DNA of 64,000 nucleotides from Veleropilina oligotropha (Eukaryota): NCBI GenBank assembly GCA_048128005.1, contig JBEUKZ010000016.1, positions 186,001 to 250,000 of the forward strand, read 5' to 3'. Shown piece by piece: positions 10,401 to 17,601 of this stretch (position 1 is its first letter; each line of letters starts with the position of its first letter). The notes under the pieces were generated by a model. It saw only the letters and a program-made list of their open reading frames with translations, ran no database searches and was not told where the DNA came from. The position numbers and the translations under genes were made by a program.

Positions 10401-11326
10401 CCATAGACGACTGCAGTGACCGGGTAGGCGTTCTCGTAGTAGACTTTGTCGACCCCAGTGATAGCACCCGGCTTAGTGTCGTGGGATATCTCAAAGATAC
10501 CCTGGCCCTTCTTTCTCGCAGCCTTCACCGGGTCAAACTTGTCTTCGACCATCCAGTCGCCTTCACCCCACGCACGCAAGAACTTGATTCTAAGGACATA
10601 CTCGCCTTTTGGAAGGGCTGTGAGGAGCTGTGCCGCCCTCGCGTCTGTCATACGGGCATCCAGCGCTTCGATGCCGTGTTCGATCTTAATGTCCACTTCT
10701 ACCCTCCATGTGGAGAAGGCCGCTGCGGCGCCATCGACCTCAAACTCGTCTTTGGCGTCATTCAAGAGTTCCACCCATGGCTCTTTTGCTGGGAGCCTTA
10801 CTGGGGGAGGGACCTGGTCATCCAGGTCGATGAATCGTTGCCCCTCGGTTGTAGTAAACGTCCCTAGAAGATCCTTCTGGTAGTCCTGGGCTGTCCGGGG
10901 CGTTTTGGAGAGGTGATCTCTCAGAATATCGGGCCCCTTCCGAGCAATAGCCCGGGCAAGGGTCTCTTTCCGAGACCTAGTCAGACCGTGCAAGTATGGC
11001 TTGACGATTCGATCCGTGATGGCGCGAAGTGGCTTCTGTCGAATCCCAGGCTTCTTCTCAGCTTGGATTTCGTATTTACGGACCTTGAGGGCGACCTCGA
11101 CCTCGTCCTTAATCTGCCGCAATTCGCGAGCACGACGGCCTCTTTTGTGGGGGTTCACCACGTCTCCACGTATGGAGGGGAACCTTCCCGTTTTCAGCGC
11201 CCGCTCGAGTCTCCTCCGAAACTCGGCAGCACGGACCCCGGCTATTGCCCTGATGAGGTCGTTTTGCTTGAGCTTCGACCGAGCAGGAAGCCCGTAATCT
11301 TTCGCTAAATTACGCAGTTCATCCAT
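7445..11326 (-). CDS. Replication polyprotein: OTU-like protease, divergent PolB, SF1 helicase, HNH-like/Zn domain, element A
   Basis: GDLNC and CHNGHAW; CIDMKACYP, SIIGKF, VATDSIY; GGGGCGKTT, IIWDE, GDQGQ, YALTIHSSQG; CAAC...SVDRVDNSRGHIRDNVRLTCLECN. Confidence 0.85.
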   Translation of the reverse strand: MDELRNLAKDYGLPARSKLKQNDLIRAIAGVRAAEFRRRLERALKTGRFPSIRGDVVNPHKRGRRARELRQIKDEVEVALKVRKYEIQAEKKPGIRQKPLRAITDRIVKPYLHGLTRSRKETLARAIARKGPDILRDHLSKTPRTAQDYQKDLLGTFTTTEGQRFIDLDDQVPPPVRLPAKEPWVELLNDAKDEFEVDGAAAAFSTWRVEVDIKIEHGIEALDARMTDARAAQLLTALPKGEYVLRIKFLRAWGEGDWMVEDKFDPVKAARKKGQGIFEISHDTKPGAITGVDKVYYENAYPVTAVVYGLYPLREPNPANLVPMKNGDLNCVAQRVVEHFEGAMRGNGLTPIRRRKIQEWEERVHETGATVDDISILEKILKRAIVLRDIAGADIYNSGKYRGQGNHTFRNVELICHNGHAWSKDLHFPQSREVHLYEGDVWEAIRQATQNEPLAVWLLGGTDRQLNVNQFVLQDGRTYRTKDDHERLQEACTALGNESLADRAFGVNHAASIIAKETNGWKPTPAGLLDDIQKACVEHGHGSLWNSMGYDMRDICCIDMKACYPASFLGKGEAKPYFERFGHPLHSMTRVAINGPLPDDIGTGFAEVVGWEFAQDIHPVIPAWFGKHFAENGWAPTPLLTYLIDSGLLKSLKIREAIIAFRKQTDVWLPENRDQGCSIIGKFTQGAKADGKRLTRRLVIDQGELDFLVRDTRQSGTLVGAPQRCPMGHILTYYDGSQPQYAHLRASMLAYAHINLLSMLQRFSAAEAVQVATDSIYLKKASLEKLDDVTVYVAPQLCDCGEKSCISCLIGETYLPPVAPAQWRDKGEQLYMPQEHAAYLPKPEYTQSEKDLPPSTAPCYSDTLTHHRLSYLNGGGGCGKTTRAIELFRARNPIVFTPTHRLAKEMRTRGVKAQTYHSFFRWSGQNDWTPDRMGQKFIPRVIIWDEVCTVPRHILEMFLDWLGQHEVQVICCGDQGQPPPITGEMTHDWLRQTADYYEEIEVDFRAKDDPALQALKRLIRLQPDKVQCGEMRKTLPSCLGWDRFVNTWRPGDLILTSRQKVRERAQQLLLQRHKEHFPDSPVPILYHPRDTRKQNIMVTIPGTDEREELVLNDVVEVTIDAAERAILTPDWRLGYALTIHSSQGLTIHDPQKVWIIDDYLQWSNLAYLAVSQVEHLHQLERVTCPPDEGAEDRPPQTEQQLRKTIQKKLVAYKRQDQAKGLPGFNLKVDNILQLKDAQNNRCAACNIELFWAYQPKDTQQFSVDRVDNSRGHIRDNVRLTCLECNRKRGSSSC

Positions 11327-11386
11327 GTTGCTGGGCGGGTATACACGCGGGTATACACTGGGATAGCCACTCCTCTAATAGTAAAT

Positions 11387-11680
11387 TTACATGTGGTAAA
11401 TTGCAGCCATGCGGAGAAACTCTCTCTCGAAGGCCTGTTTCTTCCGTTTCCAGTCCATAGCGTTCTCACTCTTATACCCACAACCCTTACACAACGTAAA
11501 CCGGTTAAAGACGCCTTTGCCGCATTTGATGCAGGGCTTGGTGCCCCAGCCATTTCGCCGTAGCCGAGCCAGGTGGACTTTGCAAAACTCCCTCAGACAT
11601 CTCTTACCGCAAAGCTCCGTGGAGCTGATGGTCAGCCACTGACAGGTGTCCGTGCCCCACATGGTTATAACGGATATCAT
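11387..11680 (-). CDS. Small Cys-rich zinc-finger protein, element A
   Basis: C...CGKRC...CKVH...CIKC...CKGC; conserved in B; start may be 11,662. Confidence 0.7.
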   Translation of the reverse strand: MISVITMWGTDTCQWLTISSTELCGKRCLREFCKVHLARLRRNGWGTKPCIKCGKGVFNRFTLCKGCGYKSENAMDWKRKKQAFEREFLRMAAIYHM

Positions 11681-11750
11681 CGCATATACCAGTCTCTAAT
11701 AGAGATTATGACACTAAGATATCGAGCCCGGTGCACGGCGAGAAATAACT

Positions 11751-12225
11751 GGCATGTTAGACGTTGTGTAGTTATACTTGAAAGCAACATGCCGCAGGAA
11801 GACATTCCTACGCTGTACGGCGAACGGAGCTCCAGGCGCGTTAAAAACCTCTTAAACCGGGGCTATAACGTTTTGATCGTTATACTCGACGATGGTGAAC
11901 AAGCGATATATAAGAAGAAGACCAAAGACGGTAGAAAGGGAGTTGTACGAAATCAAACGCCGGCGGGCCCTCAGTGATGTCCTGTAGCCTTCGCCAGGCT
12001 GTTATTTTGCCATTCTAAAAAGTCCAATCACCCCCCCTGCTACTGCTCGCATAACTGAGGAGCCCGGGCCGGCGAGGGTAGTGGGCCGTCCCTGGGGGCT
12101 CTATATAGTCTACGTTGGGTCGGAAAAGGTGCATTCATCCCTACTCTAAGCTACCCTAGGCTCGGAACGGGTGCTGGGAGCCTTATTTTTCCATTCTAAA
12201 AGGTATGGTCACCCCCCCTGCTGCT
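11751..12225. repeat. Long (475 bp) right terminal inverted repeat of element A
   Basis: Near-identical reverse complement of 12,294-12,768. Confidence 0.9.
11789..11977 (+). CDS. Hypothetical 62-aa basic protein inside the long TIR
   Basis: MPQEDIPTLYGERS...; open in both TIR copies; no motif recognised. Confidence 0.3.
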   Translation: MPQEDIPTLYGERSSRRVKNLLNRGYNVLIVILDDGEQAIYKKKTKDGRKGVVRNQTPAGPQ

Positions 12226-12293
12226 GAGTTGAGATCCATATTGATTCGGAACGGGTGCTGGGAGCCTTATTTTTCCATTCTAAAAAGTCTACT
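12226..12293 (+). mobile_element. Interrupted right end of an inferred third (outer) element, proximal part
   Basis: 12,246-12,293 is TIR sequence stopping at ...AAAAAGTCTACT; the missing terminal 16 bp occur at 27,925-27,940. Confidence 0.7.
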
Positions 12294-12768
12294 AGCAGCA
12301 GGGGGGGTCAGTAGACTTTTTAGAATAGGAAAATAAGGCTCCCAGCACCCGTTCCGAGCCTAGGGTAGCTTAGAGTAGGGATGAATGCACCTTTTCCGAC
12401 CCAACGTAGACTATATAGAGCCCACAGGGACGGCCCACTACCCTCGCCGGCCCGGGCTCCTCAGTTATGCGAGCAGTAGCAGGGGGGGTGATTGGACTTT
12501 TTAGAATGGCAAAATAGCAGCCCGGCGAAGGCTACAGGACATCACTGAGGGCCCGCCGGCGTTTGATTTCGTACAACTCCCTTTCTACCGTCTTTGGTCT
12601 TCTTCTTATATATCGCTTGTTCACCATTGTCGAGTACAACGATCAAAACGTTATAGCCCCGGTTTAAGAGGTTTTTAACGCGCCTGAAGCTCCGTTCGCC
12701 GTACAGCGTAGGAATGTCTTCCTGCGGCATGTTGCTTTCAAGTATAACTACACAACGTCTAACATGCC
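12294..12768. repeat. Left terminal region of element B (475 bp inverted match to A right end)
   Basis: Only the first 61 bp match B's own right end. Confidence 0.9.
12542..12730 (-). CDS. Hypothetical 62-aa basic protein, TIR copy in B
   Basis: Homologue of 11,789-11,977. Confidence 0.3.
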   Translation of the reverse strand: MPQEDIPTLYGERSFRRVKNLLNRGYNVLIVVLDNGEQAIYKKKTKDGRKGVVRNQTPAGPQ

Positions 12769-12774
12769 GGCTGT

Positions 12775-13209
12775 TTAGATAAATATGTAATTCCCGCTGG
12801 CGAGCGTACAGTTGCATGGCGAATGCTGTCCTATCTGACTCCACGAACCCCCGCAGCCGGTAGATAACATGGAGAAGTAATGCCCGCGTTTACCACGGCA
12901 TAAGGACGGCTCAGCGCACTCGATGCAGACCACAGTATTTGGGTCGGGGGGAGCCCCCACCCCACACTCATTCTCTCCGATAATAAAGTAGTGGCACGAG
13001 GGTGGGGATACCTCAGGGGTGGGGTCTCCCGGGCGAAGAAGCAAGTTTCTACGCAATGGGTCGTGCCGTATATTGTACCGGGGGTGAGTCCGATACCTGG
13101 CCCACGTATGTTCGAGAATTAATGCAGTGTCGTGTCTCGACGCCTGTGAGACACCCCCTAGCCAGCACACCGCGGCAATACACAGTAGCATAGATTTCAT
13201 GGATTTCAT
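12775..13209 (-). CDS. Putative secreted Cys-rich protein
   Basis: Signal-like MKSMLLCIAAVCWLGGVSQA; eight Cys in the C-terminal half ending PCNCT. Confidence 0.6.
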   Translation of the reverse strand: MKSMKSMLLCIAAVCWLGGVSQASRHDTALILEHTWARYRTHPRYNIRHDPLRRNLLLRPGDPTPEVSPPSCHYFIIGENECGVGAPPDPNTVVCIECAEPSLCRGKRGHYFSMLSTGCGGSWSQIGQHSPCNCTLASGNYIFI

Positions 13210-13292
13210 GGCTTGTCCAGCTATCACTGTCCAGTTCAAGCTTCAATACGGGGGAGGGGGGTCCCCACCCACCCCACGCTCAACCTGGATGG

Positions 13293-13928
13293 TTAGTCGC
13301 CAGCCCCGATTTTTTTAAGTAGCTCTGCGCGTCCCTCTTTGCGACCACGCTCAATGAGCTCGCTCTGGGTCTGTGAAACCGCGGTGTGCGCCTTTAGACT
13401 CTTGAGGCGAACCGTGGCCTTCATTGTCCGATATTTTTCCATCTCCCCCGTGACGAGTTGAAATTCCTCATCAGACATCTCCCCATCCGCTAGGGCCTTT
13501 GAGACGTGGTCAGAAATTGTATTAAGTTTGCTCTCGGCCAGTGCTCGAATTTCGTTGTGCTTCTTGGCCTTCACTTGGAGGCGGCGGGAAATGTATTTTC
13601 CACCCATGCTAGCGAGCCCACACCCCAATGCCGCTAATTCCAGCACTAGGACCACGGGCGCGGCAACGATTGTGGAAAGTAGACCAATTCCAGCGCTACC
13701 CATACCAAGGGTCACCACGACCAGGGCCGAGTCGATCCCGTCAACGACATTAACGCCTCGGCGGTATTTTTTATACAGTGCAGCCCGTGTGTCCCTTTCT
13801 CGTTCTAGCTGTCCCTGGAGCTCATTCACTTTCTGTAGTCGGAAAGACTGTGCCTCCGGAACTTCCGAAAGCACATCGCCATCAAGTTGTGGGTACAGTG
13901 TTGGCGCTGAGGGTTTGTTGTCCATCAT
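13293..13928 (-). CDS. Membrane protein with N-terminal PSAP/LYPxL motifs (resembles the adintovirus GasderminX class)
   Basis: MMDNKPSAPTLYPQL, coiled coil, Gly-rich double hydrophobic segment, KAKKHNEI...DGEMSDEEF; family assignment is from recall only. Confidence 0.7.
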   Translation of the reverse strand: MMDNKPSAPTLYPQLDGDVLSEVPEAQSFRLQKVNELQGQLERERDTRAALYKKYRRGVNVVDGIDSALVVVTLGMGSAGIGLLSTIVAAPVVLVLELAALGCGLASMGGKYISRRLQVKAKKHNEIRALAESKLNTISDHVSKALADGEMSDEEFQLVTGEMEKYRTMKATVRLKSLKAHTAVSQTQSELIERGRKEGRAELLKKIGAGD

Positions 13929-14275
13929 ACGTGGCTGTATTGTTCCGCCTGTTGATTTCGAATGTCTACCGTAACGTTCAAATACAGGGTGCCTAGCCAC
14001 GGGGCCTTGACGGTGAAGGCGAGGGTCAACTTGTCCGAGTCCAGGCCCATTTTATTTATGGAACACACTTTGGGAGCCCCCCCGGCCGGCTGGACCGGCG
14101 TCGGGTGGATCATTAGGAGGACTGGATTCAACCCAAACCGACCTCCAGTGTTTGGAATCATGAACTCCCTCCTCGCCAGGCCCTTGTTGGGCGCTTCCCC
14201 ACAACTAAGAACGAAGTGCCACTGGGTCGCTGAAGAGGGCTCATCTGCAAGCAGGGTCCCGTAGATGCTGCTCAT
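13925..14275 (-). CDS. Hypothetical 116-aa protein
   Basis: Fills the gap between two genes exactly, with ATGA overlaps at both ends. Confidence 0.6.
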   Translation of the reverse strand: MSSIYGTLLADEPSSATQWHFVLSCGEAPNKGLARREFMIPNTGGRFGLNPVLLMIHPTPVQPAGGAPKVCSINKMGLDSDKLTLAFTVKAPWLGTLYLNVTVDIRNQQAEQYSHV

Positions 14276-15006
14276 TGTATCGCAAGGACTGCGGTAATGG
14301 GCATGCCGTGATTGTCGATCGGGTTACCATCTGAGTCGGTGACATACACCTTCAATTCTGTGATTGACCCGGCCTGTAGTCGCCGGCCGGCGGGATATTT
14401 ATGATAGTGGGCAGCCTCGCCGAACACCTGCGACGTTATGGGGACCACCGCGAGAATATTGCTCGGGGCGCCGTCCTTCACGTTGTGTGTTGTGCTGAGC
14501 TGCTCCAGGTGAACGTGTAGGGTCGGCGCTATGGCAAACCCTACCGGCTTGTTCCCGTCATAAGTCCCAGGGCGTAGCCACTCGGATCTCTCCGGAGGGG
14601 GAGGTCGGCCCCGTACTCCAATGGGTGGGTTCAGATTCCCCGATTTATCGAGAATGAACGAAGAAAGGTTGAGTCCGAGGAGTTTCCTGATATCGTCGCT
14701 TATCGCGAGTCGGGTCCCCTCTGGGACCACAATTCGGGCGAGCCCTGTAGCATGGCTTACGTCTAGCTGTAGGTTCTTTAGCGACCTCTTCATCGTCTTG
14801 GCGAGGTCATCGAAGCTGTAGAAACCTGGCGGCACCTCGACCGTGGTATCGGGGGTCTGGAAGAAGGCTCCGGCGTGCACGTTGTGCCAGCCGACCCAAT
14901 AGTCGAGCGACTGCAAGCTGACACATAGCTTGCCGTCCCGGTTATCAATCGGCTCCAGAAGGGCAACCGCGATCCCCTCTTGAACGTTTGTTAATGTGTG
15001 AAACAT
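14272..15006 (-). CDS. Minor capsid (penton-like, single jelly-roll) protein, element B
   Basis: VPPGFYS, DGAPSNILAVVP and ITELKVYVTDSDGNPIDNHGMPITAVLAI match the polinton minor capsid pattern. Confidence 0.75.
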   Translation of the reverse strand: MFHTLTNVQEGIAVALLEPIDNRDGKLCVSLQSLDYWVGWHNVHAGAFFQTPDTTVEVPPGFYSFDDLAKTMKRSLKNLQLDVSHATGLARIVVPEGTRLAISDDIRKLLGLNLSSFILDKSGNLNPPIGVRGRPPPPERSEWLRPGTYDGNKPVGFAIAPTLHVHLEQLSTTHNVKDGAPSNILAVVPITSQVFGEAAHYHKYPAGRRLQAGSITELKVYVTDSDGNPIDNHGMPITAVLAIQ

Positions 15007-15013
15007 AGTAGCT

Positions 15014-16285
15014 ATGGCTAAGAGCGCATTTGTGTTCAATAGGAGTGCGGCCTATACGACCGGTGTGGTGTACCCAGCAAAGATCAAAGATGAGCAGCTT
15101 ACGAGACCAAGCATCAATGTGGGTAATAGCTCAACCACTGCATTCGGGGCAGACTATCCCGACGTATTTCAAAAGTATCGCCTCCCACATGTCGCGAGTG
15201 ACCGACTGATAAGGGCTTGGCAGACCACACCGATGCGGTTCTGGCAGAACAAGGTCAATTTCGCAGTCTGGTGTGCTACAACAGGTTCCGGGATCTCCTC
15301 AGAAGACCACTTGAATGCTACTGCAGCCCTCTCCACTGCTGTATTCACCTTCCACGTATACTATCAGGTCAGAAGGATCTTGACCGAGATTCAGGCCCCG
15401 CTGCCTCAAGACGTGACGTGGGATGCATTCGACACCCCGTATGACCGAAGGGCATATGAAAAGATCTGCAGCGAATTCAGAGTGTCCCCACATACCGACT
15501 GGCGTGTCAAGGGTCCCAACGGCGGACTAGGCACCGCTTACAGCTACTGGACGAACAACGGCTACCACCCCATCGGACGTGAGTATGATCCAAGCCGAAT
15601 GTCCTTCACCAAAGGTACGACCAACACGAATCTGCATGTGGACTATATAGCACAGGATGCAGGCACTTCGTGGGCTACTTTTATTCTGGACAGGTCAGTG
15701 GGGTTTACCCGGGCCGGCGTGGAGAGGCTCAATGACTCCATCAGGACCTACGTCTGGGCGATTTTTGGAGCGCAGGCGCAGACACGTGCAAGTATTCTGG
15801 GTAGTGGGACGGCATTTGACGCACAGAAACAGTTTCTGGCGAACGTCGAGGACGCCATCGCATCGCCGGTGGACCTCCCAGCAGAAATCAAACGGTACCA
15901 GGAGGTGCTACAGTATGCCAGGTCCAAGGTCGACTTCGTATTCGGCGTCGGCCTGTACATGGCGCCAAGTAACATGCTTCTACGGATCGGGCAGGTGGCT
16001 GGTTATAACAACGAGATCGTCGTCGCCACGGAAGACCAGACCCTAGGTCTTAATATGACGGTGAACGCGGCCAGTGTGCCGCCCAACGCCGCACGGGGTA
16101 CTGGAGAAACAGGATTGGTTATTCCACAAGACGCAGATGCAAGCATACCGGTAGTCACTCTGAAGCATCCAAACGCTGAGCTGGCTGTAGCTGTTCCAGC
16201 AGTAGCTGTGGCACATGACGAGGAGAAAACCGCACTTATCGTGGGCGGCATTGTCGTTGGCCTAGCGTTCATCTGGCTTACGTGA
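15014..16285 (+). CDS. Unknown 423-aa viral protein with C-terminal TM anchor, element B
   Basis: Intact ORF; C-terminus ALIVGGIVVGLAFIWLT. Confidence 0.8.
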   Translation: MAKSAFVFNRSAAYTTGVVYPAKIKDEQLTRPSINVGNSSTTAFGADYPDVFQKYRLPHVASDRLIRAWQTTPMRFWQNKVNFAVWCATTGSGISSEDHLNATAALSTAVFTFHVYYQVRRILTEIQAPLPQDVTWDAFDTPYDRRAYEKICSEFRVSPHTDWRVKGPNGGLGTAYSYWTNNGYHPIGREYDPSRMSFTKGTTNTNLHVDYIAQDAGTSWATFILDRSVGFTRAGVERLNDSIRTYVWAIFGAQAQTRASILGSGTAFDAQKQFLANVEDAIASPVDLPAEIKRYQEVLQYARSKVDFVFGVGLYMAPSNMLLRIGQVAGYNNEIVVATEDQTLGLNMTVNAASVPPNAARGTGETGLVIPQDADASIPVVTLKHPNAELAVAVPAVAVAHDEEKTALIVGGIVVGLAFIWLT

Positions 16286-17558
16286 CCCACTGTCTAGCGG
16301 CAATAAGAAGCAAGCCCCCAACAGATATAATCACAGCCCACAGATTCTCGGCGAGCCACGACGCAGTCTTGCCGACCAGGTTGATTAGCCAGGAGACAAG
16401 GCTTCCAAGTATTCCGGGGAGCGCGGCTGCGGCCTTCCCCGCTAGTTTGCCTAGAATCCTTCCCAGGTTCTGCAGCTGCTTTTTGACCCACTCCTTGACC
16501 CCCCCTTGACCACTGGGAGGTGGTGGTGGTTGTGGTATGCTCGGCGCTCCGCCTGTCAGGGCTAGTACCAAAGTCGAGATGGCCAACCCAATAGCGGTCA
16601 GTATGGTTGCGATCGTAACCCCTTGCTCTCGGAAGAGGGTCCGAATACGCTCGGCCAGCGTGGTATCTGAGTGGAGTATCCGATTTAGCATCTCTCGGAT
16701 CCGGCTGATTTGAGAGCGTAGGGCCTCCCGGCTGGACCCGGCTGCCTCGAGGCGAGCTGCTCTCTCGTCATTTAAATTGCGCAGACGTTCCGCGATTCGT
16801 CGACGAACAAACTCATCCACACCGCCCTCTTCATCTGCCTGATCGAGCTTCCTCTTCTCCAGCTCTATGTGTTCGTCCAGCGCCGTCAGTTTGGCCAGGT
16901 TGTTCGTGAGCTCGCCTCGGATGGTCTGCATGGCCTTGTCAAGCCCGCGAAGCTCACGAAGGTTTAAGGGAGGGTCCCCCATCGTCTGGGAAAGACGTCT
17001 CCATTTTGTGGATTGCAGCGGAAGCCTTTGTAGCCGGTTGCCCCAAATCCCGCAGTTCTATGCTGTCTACCTCGGCCGCCGCACCGCCCAACTCATTGTC
17101 GGCTGTATGAAGAACTGCAACGGCTTTTGAGGCCAGCTTTTTTTCCCTCGCTTCCAGTGTACGAATCCCAGCGCATCCCTGATGGCTTTACCCCCACGAG
17201 GGCGGCCAGCTATTGTGGACAGCGCCAATGGTTGCTTGGTTCTAGAATTGATGAGATCGATGTGGGGGTAGTCCTTCATCTGCAGTCGCCCCGTCCCATC
17301 CACATACACGTATTCGAACTGGGAATAATCTCGCCACGGGGGCGGGGTCTGCCCCTCCTGTGCCAGGGCGTTGTAGTAGCCATCAACCGCGTTTTTAACG
17401 AGCTCTTGCTGAAGACTGCTGGTTCCTTCCTGTGGCCGTTCCGAAAGAACAGGCATAAACTCGGTGGATCCAACCTCACCATCAGCATCGTCGACGATGG
17501 TATCATCGTTGTCGATGAGATCGTCAGGCTCGAATGTGGGGTTCTCGAATTCCGCCAT
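16278..17558 (-). pseudogene. Coiled-coil protein with C-terminal amphipathic/TM helices, two frameshifts, element B
   Basis: Frames join if single indels are assumed at the homopolymers near 17,140 and 16,978; C-terminus VKEWVKKQLQNLGRILGKLAGKAAAALPGILGSLVSWL. Confidence 0.7.
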
Positions 17559-17601
17559 TTGAATACAAACGCTTGGATACGCATCTAATTCAGACAACAG
17601 C

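Larger units (their letters stand above)
1..12225 (+). mobile_element. Polinton/Maverick-like endogenous virus, element A (left part outside window)
   Basis: Capsid, ATPase, integrase and PolB-helicase genes colinear with element B; position 1 corresponds to about 14,680 in B; ends in CCCCCCCTGCTGCT at 12,225. Confidence 0.9.

Noticed and set aside
7445..11326. Helitron Rep-helicase interpretation
   Set aside because: No HUH/Y2 Rep motifs seen; PolB-like motifs, TIRs, a target duplication, integrase and capsid genes point to a Polinton-like element.
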